From a virus (taxonomy: Duplodnaviria > Caudoviricetes): a stretch of DNA of 42,685 nucleotides. The translations under genes were made by a program, and so were the position numbers. Under the pieces are notes generated by a model. That model searched no databases. It was not told the DNA's origin and saw only the letters and a program-made list of their open reading frames with translations. Location: positions 1 through 42,685 of the IMG/VR virus record IMGVR_UViG_3300032305_002598; one strand, 5' to 3'. Shown one piece after another: positions 17,487-27,415 of the stretch. Positions within the stretch are counted from its first letter, which is position 1; each line of letters begins with the position of its first letter.

Positions 17487-19818
17487 AACTCATTCCCCCA
17501 TTTCCTGATAATATATTTTTTCCAATATTAAGTTTTGACCTTCCATCGGAAGTATAGATATTTGGACTAAAGCCTTCTGGCATTTTTTCAATTTTTAAGA
17601 TTAATTCTATTTGTTGTTTTGACGAGCTTGGAAAATCACCTTGCAATGGCTGTTCAGATGGTTGACTAATTTGTGGCGTATTCAAACCCATTAATGATTG
17701 ATTTTTTGGAAAATAATCTATTACTTTTAAAAAATCCTTAGCTGAGTCTGCTGGAGCTTTAATATAGCTGATATTCTGTTGTGGCTTTTTTGTTTGAGCC
17801 ATTAATGAATCAACAAATAGATTTGGATTCAAACTCATATTATTTTGCCCAGGTAAAACTGGGGCATCTTGCCTATATCTTCCCCTGTAAAAATCTTTAA
17901 ATTTATCTACTATTATTTGCTCTTTATCAGTAGAAATATTATTTTGAGCATTTTTTTGTCCAAAATCAATTGCTAGAGGTATCAAGTCACTAAGTGTTGA
18001 CGCAGCAAACGCAACTCCAGCTGCTTGCGGTCCGAGTAAAAACCTTTTTGCCACCTCTTTACCAAAAAACTTTTTAACTAATTTTCTTGCAGAATATACG
18101 CCTAACCCAAGACTAGCATTTGGTATAAGAGATTGGTCTATAAATTTTTTGCCAATAGCGGCGGTTTTTCTTAGTGGATTGACATCTTTTCCTTCATATT
18201 TGGCATTCATTATGTCATAATACGAATTATTTGGATTTAACTCATCTGATAATCCAATTTTATTAACATAGTGAATACCTGCGGAAATTTGGTCAATTCT
18301 TTTAGCTAGTTTAGCTGGAAATCCACCTTGCTGAGAGCTTAAATCAATAAATTGTTTTGAAACAGATGCAAATCTTCCGAGAGAGCCTGTCAGAGTATGG
18401 GATTTTTCATCAACCATTCCTCCCAACATGTCTTGCATAACGCCAAGTGTTTCTGTCAAAATGCCAGATCCTAAAACCCCATCTTCCATTAATTGGTCAA
18501 GGTTTATTTTTTTCTTTCTATATTTTTCGTAAACTTTATATAGTTCTGGATTTTTTTTCTTAATTTCTGGGCTGAAAATAACTCTTCTAATAGATTCTTC
18601 TATAACTGGACCAGAGATAGCCATTTGCTCTTTTAACTGCTGGTTTACTTCTTGCCCTTGAAGTTTACCCCTACCTAACATTTGAGAAACAGCCAAGAAG
18701 ACAAGTTTAGTTCTATTAGCATCTAAACCACTTACTCTTGACAATCCAGTAAATGCTTGAGTTATATTTTGAATATCTTTATCAGAAAATTTCTTACTAC
18801 CACTAGCTCTAACTGACTGCATTCTCATAAATTCAGGAGCAATGCTAGTATAATCTATGCCATATCTATTTCCTAAATTATATAAAAATTCTAAATCTTT
18901 CTTTGTTTTGCCCCTATATTCTTCTTTGCCTTTTAACCCGGAAGCAAAGTTCATTGCATCTAAAGAGGCTCTAACATTTTCTAACTCGATTGGAGTATTT
19001 ATAACACTTGATGCGGCAGTTTCAGCTCCAACGGCTACTCTATAAGCAGCATAGCCACCTAAAACTTGTCCAAAAGTTCTTCTTCCGCCTAGGAATCCAC
19101 CACCTCCATCATTAACCATTCCTCCACCTCTTCTATTGCCGTATCTTTGGGCTTCTTCTTTTGAAATTGCCCTTCCACCTAGATTTAAACTATTTGCAAT
19201 ATTAGCAGTTGTGGTTTTTTCTCCAGATACACCAATTACATTGCCTTTTTTGTCTCTTATATAATTGATTGGAGTAAATTTAGCATTCCTAACATCATTT
19301 AGATTTTTTTCAAATATCTTTTTATTTTCCTGCTCAATCCTTATTTGTCTTTTATAATTATCACCCTGCTCTTTTCTTAATGTTTTTTGATTTTTTTCTT
19401 GTTGTTTATTAAATTCTTTTTCTTGTTTTTCAGCGAGTTTTCTGTCTTTTTCTTTATTTTCAGTTGCTTGCTGTAATAAACTTTTCTCTTTTTCAAGATT
19501 TTGTTTTATTAAACTAATTGTTGAAATTTGATTTTGCTTTCTAGCATCTAAAATATTATTTCTAATTTTAATTTCTTGATTTAAGCCTTCATTTATTTTT
19601 TTAGAATTTTCTTTAGCCATTTTCTCATTTTGAGTAAATAACTGATTCATTTGACTTTGCTTTTTTGCATCTGATATAGGCATGCCAAAGCGCTCTTTGT
19701 AGGCTTTTTGTATTTCTGATTCTAAGTTTTTGCCAACACTCTTGGCTTTCTTGTCAATAGCATCTAATGTTTTGGAGGCGGAGTCTAATGCTGTAATTGT
19801 AAATTTTATATCACTCAT
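17476..19818 (-). CDS. tape measure protein
   Basis: 780 aa; ITALDSASKTL; AVSQMLGRGKLQGQEVNQQLKE tape-measure N-terminal motif; position after the chaperones. Confidence 0.9.
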   Translation of the reverse strand: MSDIKFTITALDSASKTLDAIDKKAKSVGKNLESEIQKAYKERFGMPISDAKKQSQMNQLFTQNEKMAKENSKKINEGLNQEIKIRNNILDARKQNQISTISLIKQNLEKEKSLLQQATENKEKDRKLAEKQEKEFNKQQEKNQKTLRKEQGDNYKRQIRIEQENKKIFEKNLNDVRNAKFTPINYIRDKKGNVIGVSGEKTTTANIANSLNLGGRAISKEEAQRYGNRRGGGMVNDGGGGFLGGRRTFGQVLGGYAAYRVAVGAETAASSVINTPIELENVRASLDAMNFASGLKGKEEYRGKTKKDLEFLYNLGNRYGIDYTSIAPEFMRMQSVRASGSKKFSDKDIQNITQAFTGLSRVSGLDANRTKLVFLAVSQMLGRGKLQGQEVNQQLKEQMAISGPVIEESIRRVIFSPEIKKKNPELYKVYEKYRKKKINLDQLMEDGVLGSGILTETLGVMQDMLGGMVDEKSHTLTGSLGRFASVSKQFIDLSSQQGGFPAKLAKRIDQISAGIHYVNKIGLSDELNPNNSYYDIMNAKYEGKDVNPLRKTAAIGKKFIDQSLIPNASLGLGVYSARKLVKKFFGKEVAKRFLLGPQAAGVAFAASTLSDLIPLAIDFGQKNAQNNISTDKEQIIVDKFKDFYRGRYRQDAPVLPGQNNMSLNPNLFVDSLMAQTKKPQQNISYIKAPADSAKDFLKVIDYFPKNQSLMGLNTPQISQPSEQPLQGDFPSSSKQQIELILKIEKMPEGFSPNIYTSDGRSKLNIGKNILSGNGGMSYAG

Positions 19819-19830
19819 TAAAATTATATT

Positions 19831-20444
19831 TTAATTTTTACTCATTATAGCTTCATATTCGCTAGATATATGAATCCAATTAAACAGCTCTTGTAAACTC
19901 CAATTTTCTATTTGTTGATAGTTAAACATAGGATTTTGTTTTAAGAAATAATATACTGCTATATCAATTTCTTCTTTGTTAAAAACAAAATTTTTATTAT
20001 TAGTGCCTTTAAAACAACTTAAAATTAGAGTTTTTTCTCTACTAATTCCAAGTTGTAAGCTAACAAAAAACTCGTTATGTATTTATTAAATAAAAGTTTA
20101 CAGATTGCATAAGGAACGTGTGATAACTCTAAAATACCTTCTGGGCTATTTGTTGGAACAATGCACTTCTTCCTAATTAAATATTGAAGGCAAGCTGATA
20201 AATTAGCTTTATCAATATCTAACCCTAATACATCTTCAAATTCCTTGCCATCCATCATTTTTAATGCTTTCAAAGTAATTGAACTAGCTTTCTCAACTTG
20301 GGATGATCCAGAAAGCGAATATTGCCACTCATAGCCAATCGACTCTCTCTTTATTTTATCTTCCCCAGACTCATCTTTTCCATCAGAGCTAAGAAGATTT
20401 ATAGAATCAATTATAATACCAGTTGTTAAATAATTATTAGACAT
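19831..20444 (-). CDS. frameshift-extended tail assembly chaperone (gpGT / E+E'-like)
   Basis: T TTT TTG slippery site at 20070-20064; -1 frame open for 79 codons to TAA at 19833-19831. Confidence 0.8.
20025..20444 (-). CDS. tail assembly chaperone (gpG-like)
   Basis: between tube and tape measure, with a slippery site near the end. Confidence 0.75.
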   Translation of the reverse strand: MSNNYLTTGIIIDSINLLSSDGKDESGEDKIKRESIGYEWQYSLSGSSQVEKASSITLKALKMMDGKEFEDVLGLDIDKANLSACLQYLIRKKCIVPTNSPEGILELSHVPYAICKLLFNKYITSFLLAYNLELVEKKL

Positions 20445-20470
20445 AGTTCAATATTTAAATTTGTAAATTA

Positions 20471-20878
20471 TTAATTTTCTAAAATAGTCGCAGGTTCGCC
20501 GCTAAATTGGAAAGATATTACAGCATCAGAACCAACTGTTGTATCAATATCATTTAATAATGTCATGCTATTATAAACTAAAGTTCCAAAACCTTCTTCT
20601 GGTGGAACTGTGATTTTTATATCATGTCTTGTTTTTAAAGATTTAAAAAACAATAAAGGATTGGTTAAGCCTGCATTTGCATTCATTCTAATACCGAAAC
20701 TTACAGTTCCAAAGGCGTTTGTATAGTCTGGAACATTGGTTACCTTTCTTTGTGAACCATTTACTTGAACGAATTGGTTATAATTTGGCAAACCAGTTTT
20801 AACTGATAAAGAGTTTGAATCGATAAATAAATCAATTCCATCAACTTGAACCTTAGGAATATAGGGAGTTGTAGTCAT
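20471..20878 (-). CDS. tail tube protein
   Basis: 135 aa, beta-rich, directly after the sheath; KVQVDG...ISFQFSG. Confidence 0.75.
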   Translation of the reverse strand: MTTTPYIPKVQVDGIDLFIDSNSLSVKTGLPNYNQFVQVNGSQRKVTNVPDYTNAFGTVSFGIRMNANAGLTNPLLFFKSLKTRHDIKITVPPEEGFGTLVYNSMTLLNDIDTTVGSDAVISFQFSGEPATILEN

Positions 20879-20884
20879 ATAATT

Positions 20885-22414
20885 TTATGAATTTGCTGTT
20901 AAGTTAAATTTAATATTTTCCAATTGACCCATATTTCTATAAGAAGCACTTCCACTTAAAGTGTTTGTAGCTGTATTAATTGAAATATAAAGATTTTTTT
21001 CAAACTCAGATAATAAAACTGAGTTATCTAAGTCAACTAAACCAAGACTTGCCATCTCGACAAATATTGAAACAATAGAATTTTTAGCTGATTTTTGATT
21101 TACATAAATAACATCTCTAACGGTAGATGGAGGTGTTCCAGCAATTAAAACAGCTTGTGAATATGTTTTTTTCCATTGTTTATATAGATATTCTTTTACA
21201 GTAGCTGAGTTCAAAAACTTATTTAAATTCATGTAAGTTTGACCATCATCTGTTAGATTAGCTTTTTTGTAAACAGTCATGAATCTAGGTCTAGTTACAA
21301 CATTTAAATTAGATTCGTCCATAACTAAAGTTGAGCCACCTAATTGCTCAATTCCAGTAAGTTCTTCATCCAACCAGCCAAGACCTTGTGGAATTTTTGC
21401 TACATTTAATAATTTAACATTATGGAATGGAACGGCAACTTTATTTAATCCGCCAGAAACATTTGGAGCTTGCATAAAGCTAGAAATTGAAGACTCTGGC
21501 ACTAATCTCAAAGAATCAGTTGCTAATAGTTCTGCACTAAGAACAATTGGTAATTCTGGGCAAGAAGAACCTTTGATATTAGATTCATTAGCAAGTTTAA
21601 CAAATACATTGTTTATAACTTTAGAAGCTATGCTTCCTAAGGCAGTTTGAGCATCAGCATAGCTATTAACTTGAGTTATAACAGCATAAGACTCATAAGC
21701 TTGATTAGTTGTGTTAAATTTAGCTTCTAAATGATTTTTAACCTCAGTCATAAAACATTTTTGAGTGCAAATGTCATATCTTGCTGTTTTAATTTTATTT
21801 AAAACATTTGTAATAACTGGGTCAGTTGCTCCACTAGAAAATGCAGTAATTGTAGCAGAAACTCCAATTGGAAGAGATTCAGCGTAAATAGTATATTGAT
21901 TTGCTTCCGTTCCTTTGTTTTTTGCAGTAAAAGTAATTGTTCCGGTGGTATTCGATGCGCTAACTGGAGCATTTTCATCAGCATTAACTAAAGCAGCTAA
22001 AGAATCTCCTAAAGTAGTTGCAGTAGTTGTTGATAAAACATCAATCTCATATTTATTTCTAAAACCTGAGCCAATAGTGAATACGGCTTTGCCATTTTTA
22101 GGAGAAGAAACTGTTAAAGCAATTGAACCAGTTGCTGCTACTCCAGAACCATTATCAGCTACAATAATTGCGCTTAAAGGAGATTCTTTATTTAGCTCTC
22201 TAAAAGTTTTAATTGCAAGGTAAGCTTGTGAACCAGCGCCGCATAAAGCCTTTAATTCATCATTTGAAGTTGGAACATTTGTAATAAGATTTCCTGTAGT
22301 AAAACTACCAGCTGAGGTTCCTTGTGCCAAAATAAGTTGCTGTCTTAGATTCAAACCGAACGCTGCTGAACCAGCAATTAATTGTATGTCAGTATTAGGA
22401 GATGTTTGTGTCAT
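20885..22414 (-). CDS. tail sheath protein (Mu gpL-like)
   Basis: LCGAGS, AATGSI, TFTAKNKG, FSSGATDP. Confidence 0.92.
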   Translation of the reverse strand: MTQTSPNTDIQLIAGSAAFGLNLRQQLILAQGTSAGSFTTGNLITNVPTSNDELKALCGAGSQAYLAIKTFRELNKESPLSAIIVADNGSGVAATGSIALTVSSPKNGKAVFTIGSGFRNKYEIDVLSTTTATTLGDSLAALVNADENAPVSASNTTGTITFTAKNKGTEANQYTIYAESLPIGVSATITAFSSGATDPVITNVLNKIKTARYDICTQKCFMTEVKNHLEAKFNTTNQAYESYAVITQVNSYADAQTALGSIASKVINNVFVKLANESNIKGSSCPELPIVLSAELLATDSLRLVPESSISSFMQAPNVSGGLNKVAVPFHNVKLLNVAKIPQGLGWLDEELTGIEQLGGSTLVMDESNLNVVTRPRFMTVYKKANLTDDGQTYMNLNKFLNSATVKEYLYKQWKKTYSQAVLIAGTPPSTVRDVIYVNQKSAKNSIVSIFVEMASLGLVDLDNSVLLSEFEKNLYISINTATNTLSGSASYRNMGQLENIKFNLTANS

Positions 22415-22419
22415 AAGAT

Positions 22420-22605
22420 TTATTTTTTTGCTTTTTTATTAAAATCTAAATTAAAATGTCCATTATTAAACTTAATTTGCTCATACCAGAAGCTATCAAT
22501 AGGATTTCCTTCTGAATCGACATCAATCTCTATTTTGTCATTAATTTGATATTCTTCGTTTTGATTACGATAGAATTTTATTAAAAATGTTAATGTTGCT
22601 TTCAT
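22420..22605 (-). CDS. small pre-sheath protein (Mu gp38/DUF2635 positional analogue)
   Basis: 61 aa, GNPIDSFW, immediately upstream of the sheath. Confidence 0.5.
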   Translation of the reverse strand: MKATLTFLIKFYRNQNEEYQINDKIEIDVDSEGNPIDSFWYEQIKFNNGHFNLDFNKKAKK

Positions 22606-22619
22606 TTATATAAAAAAAT

Positions 22620-22668
22620 TATTGTTTTTTAATATCATTAAAATACATTAAAAATAAAAAGTTGTCAA
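22620..22668 (-). promoter_or_regulatory. tail-operon promoter with conserved downstream 16-mer
   Basis: minus strand TTGACA-N17-TATTTT (preceded by TG), then ATATTAAAAAACAATA; same design at 33056-33103. Confidence 0.7.
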
Positions 22669-22694
22669 CAGCAATAGGAATTTAGCTTTATTTT

Positions 22695-24173
22695 ATGGAA
22701 ATAAACGATAGAAAAATTAATAATATTATAGAAGAAAAGAAGAATAAAATTTATAAAGAAAACTTTTATGAATTTTTTTGTAATGTAGCTTTTCCAGCAA
22801 TATTTCCTAATAAGCAACTATTACCAAGCAAATCAACTAGAATATTGTGCAAAATAGCTGAGGCGACATCAAAAAAAAAGCTCGGCTTTAGAAAAGTAAT
22901 TGTTAATATTCCACCTGGATTAATGAAATCCACTATTGTTTCAGCAGGTTTATCAGCTTGGCATTTAGGAAGAAACCCCGCAGAAAGAATGTTTGGAGTA
23001 TCTAACAAAGATAAACTAGTGACTAGGAATGTTGGCTGGACAAAGTTAATTATGGAATCAAAAAAATATAGAGATATTTTTCCTGATTTATTAATAACAA
23101 AAGATACAGAAAATCATATTAAAACTTCCTTAGGTGGAGAAAGGCAAGGCTTTGGAACGTTAAGTAGGGTAACTGGTGAAAGATGCGACTTTTTATTGCC
23201 AGATGATTTTATTTCTTCGGACATGATATACAAAGCAGATGGCACAAGCGCATTAAAAGCTTGGGACGAAAGTTTCTATTCAAGGGTCGATAAAGTTAGT
23301 GGAAGTATTTTTATCATCGAACAAAGATTGGGCATAAACGATTTAACCGGATACTTAACTCGAACTAGACCAGGTGAATATCTAGTAATATCTTTACCAG
23401 CTTACTTTGAAGAGAGAACTGTTATAGTAGTTGATGATGAAGAGTTTGTGTTTGAGAAAGATGAATTATTATCACCAGATTATTTACCTTGGCATGAAAT
23501 TAATAGCTTAATGAATAGGGTTGTTGATCCAGAAACTGGTATAGCCAATGGAAAGCAAGTTTTCTTTGCTCAATATATGCAAAACCCAGTTGCTGATGGT
23601 GGCAATATGGTTGATATAAATTGGTTTCAACCATTTAGAATTAGCGATGTTTCTTCTATGAAATTTGATAGAGTTGTAGTATCGGTTGACTCAGCTCAAA
23701 AACCCAATGAAATCAATGATCCAAGTGCCTTTCTTAAATTTGGAATCATTGGTAAATCGAAATATTTAATTGATTGTTATTGCGAAAGAAAAGTTTATCC
23801 AGAAACAAAGGAGGGGTTAATAGCTTTTTGCAACGATGGACATAGAACAACTGATTTAATAATTGAAGATGCCAACACTGGCTCTAGTTTATTGCAGGAG
23901 CTTCCTAATGAGCATAAATTATATGGAATAACAATTATTCCTATTTCTCACGGTGGTATAAAAAAAGAAATAAGATTTTTAACCGCAACTGGTGCATTTT
24001 CAAATAGAAGTTTTTATTTTCCAAAAGATGCTACTTGGTATCCAAATTTTGAAAGCCAATTAATGCAATTTCCTAAGGGTCGCCATGATGATATGGTTGA
24101 TTGTTTAGGTCAATTTGCACATTGGCATATTGAGTTAGAAAGATTCTTCGATTATTGGTGTATCGAAGTTTAA
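22695..24173 (+). CDS. terL: terminase large subunit
   Basis: Walker A VNIPPGLMKST; GERCDFLLPDD; QRL; AQYMQNP; nuclease motifs SVDSA, IEDANTG, FPKGRHDDMVD. Confidence 0.93.
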   Translation: MEINDRKINNIIEEKKNKIYKENFYEFFCNVAFPAIFPNKQLLPSKSTRILCKIAEATSKKKLGFRKVIVNIPPGLMKSTIVSAGLSAWHLGRNPAERMFGVSNKDKLVTRNVGWTKLIMESKKYRDIFPDLLITKDTENHIKTSLGGERQGFGTLSRVTGERCDFLLPDDFISSDMIYKADGTSALKAWDESFYSRVDKVSGSIFIIEQRLGINDLTGYLTRTRPGEYLVISLPAYFEERTVIVVDDEEFVFEKDELLSPDYLPWHEINSLMNRVVDPETGIANGKQVFFAQYMQNPVADGGNMVDINWFQPFRISDVSSMKFDRVVVSVDSAQKPNEINDPSAFLKFGIIGKSKYLIDCYCERKVYPETKEGLIAFCNDGHRTTDLIIEDANTGSSLLQELPNEHKLYGITIIPISHGGIKKEIRFLTATGAFSNRSFYFPKDATWYPNFESQLMQFPKGRHDDMVDCLGQFAHWHIELERFFDYWCIEV

Positions 24174-25483
24174 TTATTTAAGCTAATATTGCTTATAATA
24201 TTACCATTAACAGCATCTTTTAAATCAAAGCTAATATTGACCAATGCATTTAAATCATATTGACTCACTTCTTGACTATTTGTAAATTCTATAAATGTTT
24301 CAAACAAGAAGGTATGAGAATAAAAAGTCAATTCAGATTCTTTTCCTTGGTCAAGAACTGGTGTTAATTTTTGGTATACAGTGTTGCCAGTGAAAGGAGA
24401 GCTTGGTATAAATCCAGCTATGGATTGGCAGATTGGTTGCAAATAATTGGATACCTTGTCTTTTTCATTAGCTAAACTGAGAGAAGACGCGTTTTCTCCT
24501 AGATTTATAAAAACACATAATTCTATTGCTTGTATAATTTTAGCAGATATTCCTTGACCAAGATAATTCTCAACATTTATATCAGTCTTGCCATTTGGAT
24601 CTTTTCCAGTTGTTCTTGGCAAAGTATAAACAAAAAGCCATGATTTAGTTGCACTTGTTGAATCAATAGCATTAAGAAACATTTGCTTTGCCCTTTCGTA
24701 ATCAACAGTGCCAATAATTCTAATATTGCTTTTTATTATTCCAATTGGACTGCCTTGTAGATATGGTAAACCAACTAAATTCGGTATAACACAAGTAATT
24801 GTGTTGTCAGTATGTGATGCCACTAATTTATAACCATTATATCCAAAATTTCTTGCTTCTAATAATTTAATGCTACCAGTTGGACTAGCGTTAGCAGTTT
24901 CATCAACTTGATAAAAAAATAAATGCAATGAGGATTTTAAAGAAATCTGAGTTAAAATAGAGTCATTAGCTATTCCCATAAAATTATCAACAATAAATGT
25001 TGTTGAGTTTACTATGGACTTTATTGCGATTAAATTGCCGTTAATATCTATTTTATAATTTGCGTTGACAATAAAAGGATTACTTTCCGTAGTAGTTATA
25101 GTTAAAGTATCATCATTATTAACAACCTTAGATGCAACATTAAAAATAATATCATTTTTTGATAAAGTTTTTGTTCCGTTATATTTTACATCACTTGCTC
25201 CAGTCATTTCAATGCTAGATTGGTCTCTGGTTATGTTATGATGAGAGTTTGCTAACGCAATTGCAATGTTATTATATCTTTTTAATGATGTTATTTCATA
25301 ATAATTTTTAACATTACAGATTAAAAATGTATTATTATTTTGAAGGTGGTGATTGCCATCAGTTGTAAAGGTTACATTATTGCCATTTACAACAATATTT
25401 GTAATATTTACACTATCAGAAAAATCATTTGTAAATTTAGGCAAAACTGCTTTTAATTGATGGACTATTTCACTTGTTTGCAT
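24170..25483 (-). CDS. enlarged tail terminator/completion protein with nested beta-module inserts
   Basis: last gene of the head-neck block after the gp10-like gene; aa ~25-250 contain repeats similar to the baseplate J inserts. Confidence 0.55.
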   Translation of the reverse strand: MQTSEIVHQLKAVLPKFTNDFSDSVNITNIVVNGNNVTFTTDGNHHLQNNNTFLICNVKNYYEITSLKRYNNIAIALANSHHNITRDQSSIEMTGASDVKYNGTKTLSKNDIIFNVASKVVNNDDTLTITTTESNPFIVNANYKIDINGNLIAIKSIVNSTTFIVDNFMGIANDSILTQISLKSSLHLFFYQVDETANASPTGSIKLLEARNFGYNGYKLVASHTDNTITCVIPNLVGLPYLQGSPIGIIKSNIRIIGTVDYERAKQMFLNAIDSTSATKSWLFVYTLPRTTGKDPNGKTDINVENYLGQGISAKIIQAIELCVFINLGENASSLSLANEKDKVSNYLQPICQSIAGFIPSSPFTGNTVYQKLTPVLDQGKESELTFYSHTFLFETFIEFTNSQEVSQYDLNALVNISFDLKDAVNGNIISNISLNN

Positions 25484-25484
25484 T

Positions 25485-26048
25485 TTATAAATTCCTCAAA
25501 TTATTATTAATAGCATTTCTAATTTTAGTAGCAATTAATGTTCTATTTTGTGCTAATGGTCTTCTAATATTATTTCTTGGAGCAACTCTTGCCGATCCAA
25601 ACTCCTGTATTGAAGCGTAAGGAGCTGTTGCGCCAATAATTTGCTGACTCCCACCATTGCTTTTAGTGTAAACGCTTTTACTTAATTTGCCAGTTAAAAT
25701 TGCTGAACTTTCTTCTCCACTAGCATTTGATGCTTTGTGTGTATATGTGCTTCCTGCGGCGATTTTTAATCCTTTAGGAGCTGGATATCTCAACACTTTT
25801 GCAGAAGTGCTTCCCAATGAATAACCTGTCGATGTAGCTCTAGTTCTTTGCATTGTTTTTTTACCACGGGTCTTAAAGAAAATGTAAGTATTGCCAGTTT
25901 TAGGAAGAGCCATTTGCCTTCTAACTTCTTGAACCATGTAATTACCAGAATGTCTTAGACCAGTTTTAATTCCATCTTTAATTGCTTTATTGATTTTATT
26001 TATAGCTCCTTTGCTATCTTGGCTTCCTAATTTAATTTCAATATTCAT
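25485..26048 (-). CDS. HK97 gp10-like neck protein
   Basis: HKASNASGE, TGKLSKS, APYASIQEFGS, PRNNIRRPL. Confidence 0.85.
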   Translation of the reverse strand: MNIEIKLGSQDSKGAINKINKAIKDGIKTGLRHSGNYMVQEVRRQMALPKTGNTYIFFKTRGKKTMQRTRATSTGYSLGSTSAKVLRYPAPKGLKIAAGSTYTHKASNASGEESSAILTGKLSKSVYTKSNGGSQQIIGATAPYASIQEFGSARVAPRNNIRRPLAQNRTLIATKIRNAINNNLRNL

Positions 26049-26470
26049 AAAATATTTAAATTAATATTTGCTGATCCACTATGAGAACATTTTAACATTG
26101 TAAAGATATTTTCTCCATGAAGATTTGGCAATACTTCGAGTATTTTATAAGCCTCTCCTTTGCAGATGATAATGTTTTCGATTTTTATTTTTTTAGTAGA
26201 ATCTCTTCTTATGTAAAAATGGTCAGTAACTTTTCCTAGTAAATTTGCTCCATTAAAAATATCCTCTCCATTAACAGTTACTTGCATTGCCCAAGTATTA
26301 GAAACTAGATTTTCTTGGTCAATTAAAACATCTTGAGAATTAATATTGTTAGCTTTCTTGATTCTAGTAGCAATTGTTATTGGAATGTTTAAATCACCAA
26401 TTTTAATATTGCGTTTAGGCTTGGTAATGAATTTGCAAGTATTTGTATCCATATCATATAAATGGTTCAA
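26045..26470 (-). CDS. head closure protein (SPP1 gp16-like)
   Basis: IGDLNIPITI, TWA, TDHFYIR, YKILEV. Confidence 0.8.
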   Translation of the reverse strand: MNHLYDMDTNTCKFITKPKRNIKIGDLNIPITIATRIKKANNINSQDVLIDQENLVSNTWAMQVTVNGEDIFNGANLLGKVTDHFYIRRDSTKKIKIENIIICKGEAYKILEVLPNLHGENIFTMLKCSHSGSANINLNIL

Positions 26471-27053
26471 TTTGATTTATATTAAAGAATCCATTAGCAA
26501 TACCCATATCATTACAACAAGCATCTCCTCTATTTTTATAGAGAAAGGCAACATATTCCATCAATCCTTGTTTGTAAGTGAATGGAACATTGGCATCAGA
26601 TGTGCCAAAGCCAGAAGTAAAGTTAATTATTACAGCATCAGCCCTATTGTCAATTGTTATTGGGTATTCTTTATCTTCTTTTAAAAATATATGTGAATAT
26701 TGATTAGTTTCATTAATATAATAATTTGAAGCATCAAAGGTTGTTAAAACGCTATTTAAATAATATTGTATAGAAATTATAGATTGTAGTTTAGCTCTTT
26801 TAATTTTAATCGGTGTATTATCAACTGGGAAATTATCTAAAAATGTTTTATAGGTTTTGGTAATTAAATCAATCGTGGTAATGTTTTCAAATCTTTCTAT
26901 GGCAGTTTTAATAAGATTTGTTAAATAGGCATCTTCTTGGGCAAAATCAATTCTTAAATGAGCTTTAACATCATTTAAAGAAATACCTAGCGCTAATTGT
27001 GAAAAATTAGACACTAGTATGTATTTTATTGGTTGAGAAAATTGAAAATACAT
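26454..27053 (-). CDS. head-tail connector (HK97 gp6 / phiE125 gp8-like)
   Basis: ISLNDVKAHLRID, EDAYLTNLI, FTSGFG, VP, LYKNR. Confidence 0.9.
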   Translation of the reverse strand: MYFQFSQPIKYILVSNFSQLALGISLNDVKAHLRIDFAQEDAYLTNLIKTAIERFENITTIDLITKTYKTFLDNFPVDNTPIKIKRAKLQSIISIQYYLNSVLTTFDASNYYINETNQYSHIFLKEDKEYPITIDNRADAVIINFTSGFGTSDANVPFTYKQGLMEYVAFLYKNRGDACCNDMGIANGFFNINQIEPFI

Positions 27054-27361
27054 TATTTATTTTTATTTTTTTTATTAGAATTTATTTTTTTGGTTTCAAC
27101 TACCAAATTATCTTCGGGAGTTTCGATTTCTACTTTATCCTCAGGGGTCTCTATTTGTAAATCTTGTTCAGGAGTTTCAACTACCAAATTATCTTCGGGA
27201 GTTTCGATGTGCAAAACTTCTTTTAAAGAAGTGCATTGTAAGCAAAAATTAAATTTATCTTCTGAACCATATAAAGAAACTAAATGACTTTTACTGTATT
27301 TACCTTTTTTTAGGGTAATGCCATTTTCACTATAGTCTTGTAATAGTTTATAATTTTGCAT
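27053..27361 (-). CDS. small post-capsid protein with ETPE repeats
   Basis: four 9-aa units ETPE(D/Q)xxxx, then a basic tail. Confidence 0.7.
   Translation of the reverse strand: MQNYKLLQDYSENGITLKKGKYSKSHLVSLYGSEDKFNFCLQCTSLKEVLHIETPEDNLVVETPEQDLQIETPEDKVEIETPEDNLVVETKKINSNKKNKNK
27093..27208. repeat. 27-nt tandem coding repeat
   Basis: 35-bp perfect duplication GTTTCAACTACCAAATTATCTTCGGGAGTTTCGAT at 27093 and 27174, 81 nt apart. Confidence 0.9.
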
Positions 27362-27382
27362 AATAATTGTGATTTTAATTAA

Positions 27383-27407
27383 CCCCCTTAGTTTTTAAGT
27401 AAGGGGG
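27383..27407 (-). terminator. stem-loop after capsid/decoration genes (leaky terminator or mRNA stabiliser)
   Basis: CCCCCTTA-N9-TAAGGGGG with a weak U tract. Confidence 0.6.
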
Positions 27408-27415
27408 CAATATAA

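Noticed and set aside
27093-27208. Possible CRISPR mini-array
   Set aside because: The repeats are in-frame 27-nt coding units without unique spacers, and there are no cas genes.
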